A stretch of 64,000 bases of DNA from Anthoceros angustus. Lineage: Eukaryota; Plantae; Anthocerotophyta. Below are positions 22,833-34,094 of this stretch, piece after piece. A program made the position numbers and the translations under genes. Below the pieces are notes generated by a model. The model was given only the letters and a program-made list of their open reading frames with translations. It was not told the DNA's origin and ran no database searches. Location of the stretch: positions 62,001 through 126,000 of the forward strand of contig VJWM01000226.1 in the NCBI GenBank assembly GCA_010909165.1, read 5' to 3'. Position 1 is the stretch's first letter. Each line of letters opens with the position of its first letter.

Positions 22833-24397
22833 ATGAAACATGCTGGTCGTGAGGTAGGGTTGGCCAGGCCAGAGCCCTCTCCGCGGGAGGAGGAAGCACT
22901 GGGCGATTTGCGCAAGGCGTCGCGGAATCCCCACGGCACGGTTTCCGAGCGACGAGACCGCCTTCAGGCCGCCTGGTCCTCTCTACGATCTGCTGCTGCT
23001 GTTTCTTCGACTTCACGGTCCAAGCGTGGCCGTAAGAGGAAGGAGCGGGAAGATGGTACTCCCGGGAGCTCACAGGACCAGAAAGTGGCACTGCTACTGG
23101 CGGGATCGCAGCGAGGGGATGCAGAGCAGGTCACCAAGCTGCTGCGGGAAGGGGTGAAGGTGACGGCCAAGGATGGGCAGGGCTACACCGCTCTGCATCT
23201 GGCATCGCTGCATGGGCATGTCCAGGTATCTACTTTGATGGCGCAAGCTTGAAGATAGTGCTTTGGATGCCTGTTCTGTCCGTGCCTGATTTGACGCCTC
23301 GGTGTGGTGGGGAACAGGTGGTGAGGGCACTCTTGGGTGCAGGAGCTGGGGATGGGAGTCGTATCAACAGGAAATCCAAGTCTGGCAACACAGCTCTTCA
23401 CTTTGCCTGCACAGGAAACCATGCAGAAGTGGCCAGCATGCTCTGTGGTTACCAGGCCGACGTGTATGCTGCAAATGAGTATGGCCAAACTCCAGTGTCT
23501 CTCGGTAGGTCCTTGAAGCTTTGCTGCAAAGCTTCAACATGGCAGGGGCAACATCAGCTTTACTCACCACTTGCCTGAACCAGGTCTGCGGAAGTTGGTT
23601 AGCAGGGTTCAGGAGCTTCGTCGGCTAGACCAGATTCAGGCCACCCGGGAGCAGGCACCTCAGCTCCGGCTCCATTCGGCAGGCCTGGAGATGGGGATGG
23701 AGTCTGATTGTTTGAGGGATCGTGAACCAGGAAATGGATGTGCCAGTGCTGGGCATTTGAGAAGCAGCACCATTGCTCTATGGGAATCCTACCAGAAGGC
23801 ATGGGCTGCGTTCTCTGTCAAGTTTGCTGCTGCTGCTGCTGCTGCTGCAATTCCAGACCAAGAAGTGGGTCCACGAGATCCAGAGATTAGCACGACAGTA
23901 TTCCACTATGAGGACGTGCCCTGGCCGTTTAGAAGAATCGGACGTAATAGGTCTGCATATGATAGCATCCAAGGTAATGGTTATGTTTTCTTTGGAGGGT
24001 TATGCTGTCTTTCGTTGGATGTGAGTTGGTTTGGGAAGTTATTGGCCTAATGGTGGGTGCTCTCTTGCCCTGGCAGACAAAAGTGAGTTATTTCTGGCAC
24101 ACGTCGCCGTGGCCGGAAAGTCTATGCGATCGGTCATACAGCAGGAGCGTCTGCGATGGTACTTATTATGTGGAGTGTTTTAATGGTCTCACCTGGCACC
24201 AGTTGCATTTACACCAGTCTGACCAAGCTGTGGTGATTCTTTCCTCGTGCAGGCACCCAGACAAATTTGCCCAGATGTTCGGACGGAGTATAGCTGCTTC
24301 TGAGAGAGAGGCAATCATGAGAACAGTCCAGGATGTTTGCCAGCTGATCAATGTCATTGCCAGTGAGACTTCTGGAGGTGAAAGAGTTCCAAGTTAA
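22833..24397 (+). CDS. NF-kappa-B inhibitor-like protein 1 (NFKBIL1)-like ankyrin-repeat protein, about 5 exons
   Basis: Ankyrin repeats DGQGYTALHLASLHGHVQ|VVRALLGAGA and SKSGNTALHFACTGNHAEVASMLCGYQAD..NEYGQTPV. Then W..YQKAW and YEDVPWP, and splicing yields IQQERLRW|HPDKFAQMFG...VQDVCQLIN*, the C-terminal signature of NFKBIL1-like proteins. Confidence 0.75.
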
Positions 24398-24432
24398 TGG
24401 ATCCTAGAAGTCTTGGATCCATGCTTTTCAAA

Positions 24433-25507
24433 CTACTTGTTCCTCAATCTAGGATTGGGTTTGAAGAGCTGTTTCACACCTTCTCCTGGTGAGATGTCCC
24501 AATTCTCTACGTGCCTGTGACCAACGTCAAACAAGTCAGCTGTGGTGCCTGACAGGAAAAAGCGGGGGTTTCGAACTGTGAACTCCTGGATCTTATCTTT
24601 ACTTACTTTGTGATCTTTCCAGAGTCATTGTCGAAGTAATACTCTGTGCTGCCACTGGCTGTGAAACACAGGGATGAAGTTGCTCAGGTGGCGCTGATGA
24701 AATGATTGCTTATGTAACTGCTTGGAACAGTGCTTACCGGCGAGAATGGGCCGCCAAGGGAGAGCTAGTACGCAGTTGAATCTCCACTTGGCGTAGATTC
24801 TATCCTGAAGGTGACCAACCTGCAACAGTGAATCCCACGCTTCAAATCCAAACCTAGAACCAAGGCCAGAAAACTTGGAGCAATGACCAGCAGCACCTCA
24901 TATTCCTGCCAGTCCAGTATCTTTAAACTGGACTCCTCCATGAAAGAGCCCAAATTGCTCACATTCTGCTTGAACCGCTTCAATCCTTTGAACGATACAA
25001 AAGGGTCAGCAAATTCGCAGTCAGCTTCATATATCCCCATGGACATATTTCCTACAGATCCATTCAAACAAGCCTTGTCAGATGAGCTGCCCCTCTCGGA
25101 ACAACTGGTCACAGCCGCAGCAATTTGCATTTGCCTGTGACAAAGTAGGACTTCTCAAAGTCCTTCCGAATAGTCTCAACTGCCAATTGCCGGGGCACGG
25201 GACTTGGGAGCACCTCCTCATCCTCCTCGTCCCCATCTATCACACCGGGTGGCCGGAACACCGACACCACTTTTCCGAACGCTTCAGACCCGTACCAGGC
25301 CAGCTTCACCAACACATTGGACTCCGCTGTTGGCGGAGTTCTCTCAGCCTTGCACTGGATTCCGCTTCTGACGACATCCAGCCTGGTACACGCATGCCTC
25401 AAGGAGATCGAGTTAAGGAAGGAAGATCTTGAGCAGGCAAGGCCACGGCGCTGCGAAGGGCAGAAAGAGCTGGCGGTTGTGAGCAAGGCCAGGCTAGAGG
25501 ACGCCAT
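24433..25507 (-). CDS. DUF2358 (SnoaL/NTF2-like) protein with a plastid transit peptide, multi-exon
   Basis: Ser/Arg-rich N-terminus, then LAWYGSEAFG, TIRKDFEKSYFVTG|NMSMGIYEADCEFADPFVSFKGLKRFKQNVSNLG, AKWRFNCVLALPWRPILA, ATGSTEYYFD and HVENWDISPGEGVKQLFKP...*. Confidence 0.85.
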
Positions 25508-26289
25508 TCCCTAGCCTTCAACAATCAACGATTAGAGTGAGCGCATCTCATGCCGATGCACAAGAGCAACATAAATAGCTTATTTCATTCACCATGTGAG
25601 GGTCTTATGAAATAGCTTTTCTATCAAAATTCTTTCTAACCCATGTAGGTAGTTGTTGTATTCTGTGTGAGAGGAGTGTGTTCTCCAAATGTCTGTCAGC
25701 TGCTACATCAATGCGCTACCGCCAGATCCCACCACTTCAAGAAGAGGACTTATTTCGGTAGGAGAGTTCATGTGCGGTTTCGTTGTTTCATCTCCTTGGG
25801 CGTGCGAGCCATATAGATGAGGCAGATAAAGATGCTATTGTAATGTGAGGACCAAAGTAATGTTGTGGCTTGAGGTCTTTGTTGAATGCCTGCAAAAGTC
25901 AGGGGGATAGAGAGCGATGTGGTGTTTTTGAACGCATTGTTAGGCTGGATCCCCAGGATGCGCCTGCATATGCGCCAACGCCTACGCAGATGCAGGTAGG
26001 TGGATCGATGTGGACAGGATCGAAACACAGAGAAAGGTAGCAGGAGCTAACAAGAACCCTGCAGTGGCGAGCATTGAGGTGAGTAAACAGGTACCCGCGA
26101 GTTCTGGTGAGAGAAAGGAGGGAGGATATTGCGCTGAAGGTAGAGAGCACGAATGCACGCCTGAAGCAGGAAGGAGGCCACATACCTCACACAAAGTTGG
26201 TGTTGAAGCCACTGTGTGAGAAGGAAAAGGAAGATGTGATTGTGGGCATGCTGAGAAGCTGGCTCTTGCGTTCGGTCTCTTGAACACTC

Positions 26290-26630
26290 CGAGTGAGGCA
26301 CAATGGGACCTGCCTCTTCCACTTGTCCATACACAACAAGCACAGTCCTTGCTACGGATACCCAGCTATCAGGGCGGTCCATGTTACCACATCCTTTGTC
26401 TTCATGCTGTCAAAAACCTGGCGTTCGACTTCCAGTTCTCCACGTTTTGCATACATGTCCACCAGGCAGTTGCAACAGGTTGTCATCCAGCAGTCCTCTT
26501 TCAACAATCAGCGAGTGCAGCTGCCTGCCCTTCTATAAGGCACCAGTGCTTGCACAGGCCTTCAACAAGGCAAGCCAGAGTAACATCACACGCACTGGCC
26601 TTCAAGAAGGCAAGCCAGAGTAACATCGTA
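26290..26630 (-). pseudogene. PPR (L/S motif) pseudogene fragment
   Basis: Pieces read CLLKACASTGAL*KGRQLHSLIVERGLLDD and LVDMYAKRGELEVERQVFDSMKTKDVVTWTALIAGYP*QG, with in-frame stops and frameshifts. Confidence 0.8.
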
Positions 26631-27239
26631 TGATGCCCTCCTCTATGGAATACCGATCTGGTCATGCGCCATCCACATATTTTAAGGGTTATGGACAGAA
26701 AGAAAGAGCCCGCCGCATACGGCAGAACTGTTTCGTTATGTCACGCATGACCACATCGGTGTTGGTTACGCCCCCTGTGTATCGATCTCGTCAAGGTGTT
26801 GATGCACACAAGCTTTTGACGATGATACACACGAACTTTTTTTCTCTTGCCCACTTGTGGTTAGGGTTTAGGGTTGCGTCTTCTTGGGGGCGTTTGTGTG
26901 CCCTTGCATCAAGCATATGCTGGGTGGCATATGTGTGCGGATGCATTTGCACTGCGCTCAGCATTTGCATTTCCATTTGCCCTGCACTCAGCGTTTGTAT
27001 TTGCTGGATGGCTGAGTGTGTTTGCCCTTGCGTGCAAAGCTGCAATGTTTGGCACTGGCTACAGGGCTGCAACGTTTGCTGCTATCTATGGGGGTGCAGT
27101 TTCACATAGCACTAAGTACTTTGAAACAAGCTTCTACCAGAGGGACCAACATAAGAAGAGCTTCCATGAAAACAATCGCACAGATACAAGGCTTCCACTC
27201 AAAAAGGCCTGTAGTGCACACGTGTAAAGTTCAAAGGGC

Positions 27240-28551
27240 CTACTGCTCCACATAATGGAGCAGGCTGATCCCTGCCCACGCCCATGGCGTGGCTTCAGCC
27301 TGCGTCCACTGCTACAGGTACTTGGGCAGTGCCTCCCCCTTGCTCTTACACTCCCTGCGCAATGTCGTTAACGCCAGGTGCAGGCGGTACATATTGGGGA
27401 GGAAGTCCATGCCCTCCAAGCCCTTCGCATAGGCATTGTCCCTCGCGACATGTAGTTCCTGCACAGCCCACAGCAGTGCCACACACGTTTGAGTTTCCAG
27501 CAGCTGCAATGCTCAAGGGATGGAACCTTACATCACGAAAAACAGCTGCAACCTACACACAGAACGCCATGTGGGCTGCAACTGAGGACTCACCCCGAAC
27601 AACAGCTCAATCACGCCTAGTGGTGGCATCTCGGGGGCCACGTTCTATGCATACTGAGGACCACCCACATCGAACTCCTCGCCATTGTCCTCCTCAACCC
27701 ATATGCGGGTGGCTGCTCCCACCCTTGTAGCCGAGCCTCTTCTTGGAATGCTACTGCAGGCACATGGCCGGGGATGTCCCGGTCCGCGGCCCTTATCTTG
27801 CGCACCACACTGTTCACGCCTTGCCTCAGCGTTGTTCGCCTCATGGTGAGCATGAAGGTGACATGCAGGGAATGGATGTGCCAGGGGTTGGTGATATCCA
27901 ATTTCTTACTCTTCACCAAATCCATCATGTACCCCTTATACAGGAACGCCCACTTCTCCCCCTATGACTGCCAAAAATGCTCAATCCTCTACAGAAAGGC
28001 CGCAGTTACTACCCTGTGCCATAGTTCCTGGCTGACAAAGGCATCGCAAGCAACCACAGTCTGACCTGGTTGTGCACCGAGGGGCCGCGGATGAAGTTGT
28101 TGCCATGTGCCCTTGGCCTCGCACGGTTCATGTCCCGGTGCAGTGCACCCTGAGGTTGCGCACCTTCTCCACCACTTCAAGCAGGGGGCTAATGGCACCG
28201 ATCATGGGTGCGTCGCTTGCCACTACAGTGGACTTTGTGGATGCCACAATACCCCAGAGCTCCATTGGAGGTGGAGCCTCCTCCTTGTTGCGGCATTGGG
28301 AGGTGGCCCCCTCCTCGCTGGTGCTGGCACCATTCATGCCTCGCGGCCGCAGGACCAGACTTCAGGAGATACCCGCACCTCGGGACTTCACGGTATCTCC
28401 CGGCCGTGGAAGAAACACAGAGTTCTGACCCGTCATGGACGGTATGCTTTGGGGGCTCTGCGGGACGGTAGAGAAGACTCAAGAGGTGGAGGCCATTAGA
28501 AGGAGAATGGTGGAGCTTCAAGGCCAGGCGGAGGCGGCCCAAGCGGCCAAA
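27240..28551 (-). repeat. Unclassified interspersed repeat with a degenerate ORF, homologous to 41674-42738
   Basis: MIGAISPLLEVVEKVRNLRVHCT here matches MSGTMSTLLEVVEKVRNLRLRCT at 41820-41890. Both share the DNA motif tggtgccagcaccagc. Confidence 0.6.
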
Positions 28552-28747
28552 TGTTACGATATGGATTTAACCTACACTCGCTTAGGGTTATTTAGGCGTA
28601 GGCCGTATATACACCCATTACTCATGTGACTATTCAGATTTAGGTTTGTAGTATTAAGACACTTGAGACATTGTTTTATTTAATTAATTCAATCAGTTTT
28701 GCTTGAGACCTTCAGCTCTCGCTGTCCAAGTTCTCTAAGAACATTCA
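28552..28747 (+). repeat. 5' LTR of copia A (196 bp)
   Basis: Begins tgttacg, ends ttca, and lies 2 nt before the tRNA-iMet PBS. No partner LTR in the window. Confidence 0.8.
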
Positions 28748-28796
28748 TATGGTATCAGAGCCCATGTGCTCTGCATCTTAGTAATCCCTATGCACA

Positions 28797-29420
28797 ATGC
28801 CTCGAAGGGATATTACGCTGGGGTGCAGTTTTCTTGATGCAGAAGCCTTGGTCGTCAGGAAGACAACCAAATAGGCATCATCAGTTTGTACCTACAGAAA
28901 CTGTACTAGACCTATATGAGCAGAATTATCCCGAAATTATTCTAAGGCAATTTGCAGATAGACACTCAGGTCGAAGATCAGCGACGTGCAACATAAACAG
29001 GAATCATAACACTGATCTCCTGTACAGAGCACGTTGCCAGCAGAGAGGACAAAATCCCAATCTTCATTTCGAACCTCGGGCTCTACCTCCTGTTGAATCT
29101 TTGTTTCGACCAAGAGCTGCAACAGTGCAACGTGATTAGCACAACTTTCCACACAAAAATAAAAACATCTAGAGAATAGTTGACAAGACCTTTGCAACTG
29201 TCACCCGTGTGGAGAAAACACTTTCTTTGTTGCTGTCTAATCAAGAGATACTGAAGAACAGAGTAGAAGAGCTCCGGACAGATACTGAACAACCCTCTTG
29301 GCTACTTGAGGGCAGACGTGACGCCCACAGACGCTTGAAATAGCACATCTCCACACAATTGCGAGGATCAGATTCTGCAATAAGAGGAGATTTAATGCAT
29401 CAGCCTGACGAGGGAGTTTG
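28797..29420 (+). CDS. Extra ORF (ORF0) of copia A upstream of gag, frameshifted
   Basis: ATG CCT CGA (MPR) at 28797, core VPTETVLDLYEQNYPEIILRQFADRHSG...TDLLYRARCQQRGQNPNL, and later TRVEKTLSLLLSNQEILK in another frame. Confidence 0.75.
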
Positions 29421-30152
29421 CTTACCAATTCCTTCATTTGGAGATGGCTCTGAGGCCTGAAATTTTCGCTGCACACGACAAGCGGGAGCGCACAGCGATG
29501 GTGCGAGAGGACAGCCAGATCTGAATCGACACATTCAGATGGTGCCCTCTCACCATTTTTGTTCCCTCTGTATCCCGATAGGTCCATCTTGTTCAGACAT
29601 ACCTGTTCATCACTGAGGGACATGACAGTTAGGTCAAGAAATTGAAACGTTACTAACTCAAGCGGTGTTACTAACCAAAAATAAGCTGTTATGACGTTTC
29701 GTTTTGTGTCCCGTTTCATGAACTAACGTCCATGCACAGATAGAAGACCTTGACGGGGAGGTTAGCATGAAGAGTCCCAGGTGCAACGCACCCGTTACCC
29801 TCCAAGCTAAGCCCCCCCATTAGACCTTCCCTGCATACTACGGTCAATCTACTTAGCTGTCCTTAACGCATAGATACTTACCTGGATTGTTAAGAGCCAT
29901 AGCTCTTATACGTCTTTGTAAGTATTTATGTCCATAGGGTCCATAGATGCCTTGCTGAACTCGCTTGAACAGCAGTTCCAGTCTCTTAGTTTGCAACGAC
30001 CATCTCTCTGTGCAACGCACCCGTTACCCTCCAAGCTAAGCCCCCATTAGACCTTCCCCGCATACTACGGCCGTCACCACTTAGCTGTCTTAACGCATAG
30101 ATACTTACGGATTGTTAAGAGCCATAGCTCTTATCGCCTTTTGTAAGTATAT

Positions 30153-31557
30153 ATGTCCATAGGGTCCATAGATGCCTTGCTGAACTCGCTTGAACAGCAG
30201 TTCCAGTCTCTTAGTTTGCAACAGCCATCTCCTGTACAACCCATTAACATCATGTCAGGAGCTTCCGGTCCTACATTTACTTCCGAATTGAAAGAGAAAG
30301 ATCGTTTCAACGGAAACAAATACTCGGTTTGGCGTGTACGCATGAAGACAACATTGCTGGCTCGTGGTGTATGGAACATCATAGATGGAACCTACAAGAA
30401 ACCAGATCCCAATGCTACAACCAATCAGCCCACGGCTGCTGATATTGAAAAATGGGATCAACACAATAGCATTGCTATTGCTCTTCTCATCAATGGTCTT
30501 GATACTGATCTTGTTCCAGATATTGAGTTCCTCGCGGAAGCATCCGCCATCCGGGCATAAGCGGAAGACATATCGGCCAAACATGATGACCTTGTGTCTT
30601 TGTCTGCAGTACTACACATTGAAGATGAGGAAGGAGAAAGATGTTGTCTCACACTCAGATTTCGACACTTAGAGCTCAGTTACTTCGTGGTGAGAAGATA
30701 CGTGCAAGCGGTTGCAAAGCTCCTTTCTAGCTTGCCCCATCGTACGATCTTTTGTCACAACCCAAAATGGGCCTATCTGCTTATCTTTGCTGGTACTTGA
30801 CAACACGATCCTTTGTCGAAGAGGTGATTGGTGCCTTATACCAAGAAGAGCGATCACGCCTAATGTCTCCTGGCGTTCCTAGAAACAAAGCAGAAAAGGT
30901 ATTAGCAGCAGGTTTCAGACCTCACAAGGGAAAAGGCAAAGGAAAACCACCTTTTATTGGCGGACGATGGTTCTTCAACTTGAAGAGGAGGGCTATGGTG
31001 TGCGGCATTGCTGGCCATTGGGCGAGAGAAGAAAGCCGGGAACCTCAGCGTGCTACTAAGAGCACTGCGAATGTTGCTATCAAGGAAAAAGCAGTCGGTG
31101 ACAACAAACCAGTGAAGATCCTCCTGTCTTGCCCGTTCTGTGCACAAAGAGGGTAGCTGGTATCTTGATTCCAGTGCAACCTCACACATATGCAAAGACA
31201 TAGATCAGTTCTATATACTCGATTCAAGCCTATCCTTAGCAACTATGCTACTGGGTGATGAGCAGAACAGACCAAGTTTGCAAATACAAGGACAAGGTAT
31301 CATAAATTCGTCTTCATGATGGATCCATTCGACCACAAGATGTGCTTTATGTACCATCTATGGCTAAGAATTTGATGTCTCTAAGCAAGTTAATGCAATT
31401 GAGGACTTACCACATGAAGGTGAGAGGATACTTGTTTGTTCTTTAGACACCAGACCCGTCTTTGTATTCTTCGTGGAATTCTTGAAAATGATCTCTGAGC
31501 TTGATGTCTTTACACATAAGCGGTGGCTGGCATCCAGACACACAAAATTAGCGATCC
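30153..31557 (+). pseudogene. gag: Copia A gag-protease, copy 1 (many indels)
   Basis: ORF fragments 30153..30560 and 30752..31156 duplicate 31764-33110. Confidence 0.85.
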
Positions 31558-31736
31558 TACGGCCGTCACCACTTAGCTGTCCTTAACGCATAGATACTTA
31601 CGGATTGTTAAGAGCCATAGCTCTTATCGTCTTTGTAAGTATTTATGTCCATAGATCCATAGATGCCTTGAACTCGCTTGAACAGCGTTCCAGCCTCTTA
31701 GTTTGCAACGACCATCTCTGTACAACCCATTAACAT

Positions 31737-33110
31737 CATGTCGAGCTTCCTATCTACATTCAATTGAAAGAGAAAGATCGTTTCAAGCAAAACAAATACT
31801 CGGTACGCATGAAGACAACATTGCTGGCTCGTGGTGTATGGAACATCATAGATGGAACCTACAAGAAACCAGATCCCAATGCTACAACCAATCAGCCCAC
31901 AGCTGCTGATATTGAAAAATGGGATCAACACAATAGCATTGCTATTGCTCTTCTCATCAATGGTCTTGATACTGATCTTGTTCCAGATATTGAGTTCCTC
32001 GCGGAAGCATCTGCCATCTGGGCATAACTGGAAAAGACATATCAGCACCAGAACATGATGACCTTGTGTGCTGTACAGACAGAGTACTACACATTGAAGA
32101 TGAGGGAAGGAGAAAAGATGTTGTCTCACACTAGCAGATTTCGACACTTAAGAGCTCAGATTACTTCACTGACTGGTGAGAAGATACCAGAGGTGCAAGC
32201 AGTTGCAAAGCTCCTTTCTAGCTTGCCCCATCGTATCAGTCTTTTGTCACAACCCAAAATGGGCCTATCAAGCTGCTTGTCACCGGTACTTGAACACAAC
32301 CACCTCGAAGAGGTGATTGGTGCCTTATACCAAGAAGAGCAGTCACGCCTAATGTCTCCTGGCGTTCCTAGAAACAAAGCAGAAAAGGTATTAGCAGCAG
32401 GTTTCAGACCTCACAAGGGAAAAGGCAAAGGAAAACCACCTTTTATTGGCAGACCTGATGGTTCTTCAACTTCGAAGAGGCCAGGGAACTGTAACTGGTG
32501 CGGCATTGCTGGCCATTGGGCCAGAGAATGCAAGAAGAAGAAAGCCGGGGAACCTCAACGTGCTACTAAGAGCACTGCGAATGTTGCTATCAAGGAAAAA
32601 CAGTCAGGTGACAACAAACCAACAGTGAAGATCCTCACTGTCTGCCTTGCCCGTTCTGTGCACAAAGAGGGTAGCTGGTATCTTGATTCCAGTGCAACCT
32701 CACACATATGCAAAGACATAGATCAGTTCTATATACTCGATTCAAGCCTATCCTTAGCAACTATGCTACTGGGTGATGAGCAGAACAGACCAAGTTTGCA
32801 AATACAAGGACAAGGTATCTGTAAATTCAGTCTTCATGATGGATCCATTCTGACCCTGCAAGATGTGCTTTATGTGCTATCTATGGCTAAGAATTTGATG
32901 TCTCTAAGCAAGTTAATGCAATTGAGGACGTACCACATGAAGGCTGCAGAGGATACTTGTTTGTTCTTTAGACACCCAGACCCGTCTTTGTATTCTTTCG
33001 TGGAATTCTTGAAAATGATCTCTACAGGCTTGATGTCTTTACACATAAGCAGGTGGCTGGCATCCAGACACACAAAATTAGCGATCCTACGGCCGCATCG
33101 TATCGCGTAA
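31737..33110 (+). CDS. gag: Copia A gag-protease, copy 2
   Basis: ORFs 31764..32027 and 32055..33110, with a CCHC knuckle and WYLDSSATSHIC. Confidence 0.85.
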
Positions 33111-33960
33111 ACAAACACAAACTGGTAGATATGTCTTTACAGGAATGTCATGAGGAACCTTTACCTCGTTGTTTTAAAGATCTCCCTTCCTGTGAGGCTT
33201 GCATTATAGCGAAGCAAAGGCAGCACCCTTTTCCCCATGTGGCGTCATACAGGGCAAAGGATGTCCTTGAGCTCGTACATGCTGATATATCAGGCAAGAT
33301 ACATGTGCCATCTATTGGTGGTGCCCTCTATTACCTGTGCATCACAGATGATTACTCGCGTTATACCTGGACATTCATCTTGCACCTTAAAAGTGAAACC
33401 TCTGACTTATTCAAGGACTGGTTTCTCACTGTACAACGCCAAACAGGGAAATTGGTCAAGTATCTACGTACTGACAACGGTACAGAATTTGTAAACACGG
33501 CCTTCGACAGCTTTCTACAAGAACATGGTGTGCAGAGACAACTGACCGTTCCTTACACACCCCAGCAAAACGGTGTCGCGGAACGTAAAAATCAAACTCT
33601 CTTATCTATGACACGCAGTATGCTTTTGTGGGCTAGCTTACCTCAGAAATTCTGGGCCGAAGCTATAGTTGCTGCTACATATGTACTTAACAGGTTGTTT
33701 ACCAGCTCCGTCCCGTTGATGACTCCTTATGAAGCTATGTGGAACCGCAAACCCAGCTTGCTTCATCTCCGAGTTTTTGGCTCACGAGCATTTGCCTTTG
33801 TACACAAGAGAAGCAGCGAAGCTAGATCCCCGTGCTCAAGCCCTCATATTTGTTGGCTACAGTGAGATATCGAAAGCCTACAAGCTTTTCAATCCTCTCA
33901 CTCAGACTGCCGTTCTTGCTCATTCAGATACATTCATCGAGCCCACCAGCCCTGTCACTC
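33053..33960 (+). CDS. Copia A integrase core (truncated)
   Basis: CEACIIAKQ, DVLELVHADISG, ITDDYSRYTW, LRTDNGTEF, PQQNGVAERKN, FWAEAIVAATYVLNR, LRVFGS and LIFVGYSEISKAYKLFNP. Confidence 0.92.
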
Positions 33961-34094
33961 CAGGTTATCAGCCACATCTGGATTCAGAGGGTGCTTTTCT
34001 ATTATGCAAAGTCTGCTTTTGTTTTTACATCTCTGATTAGAAAACCAACATGGTATCAGAGCACATCTCTGCCTACTATCTAAATTCCTAGGAA

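Larger units (their letters stand above)
28552..33991 (+). mobile_element. Ty1/copia element A: 5' LTR, PBS, extra ORF, gag-protease (tandemly duplicated), integrase; 3' half missing
   Basis: TG...CA LTR at 28552-28747, PBS tggtatcagagc at 28750-28761, gag KDRFNGNKYSVWRVRMKTTLLARGVW, zinc knuckle CNWCGIAGHWAREC, protease WYLDSSATSHIC, integrase LELVHADISG...YLRTDNGTEF...PQQNGVAERKN. Confidence 0.95.

Noticed and set aside
26863-26880. ggttagggtttagggttg, telomere-like
   Set aside because: Only about two units; a common telo-box or chance motif, not an interstitial telomere.
29874-29886. ATACTTACCTGGA, identical to the U1 snRNA 5' end
   Set aside because: Similarity stops after 13 nt, no U1 stem-loops or Sm site follow, it lies in a copia spacer, and the duplicate copies read atacttacgga.
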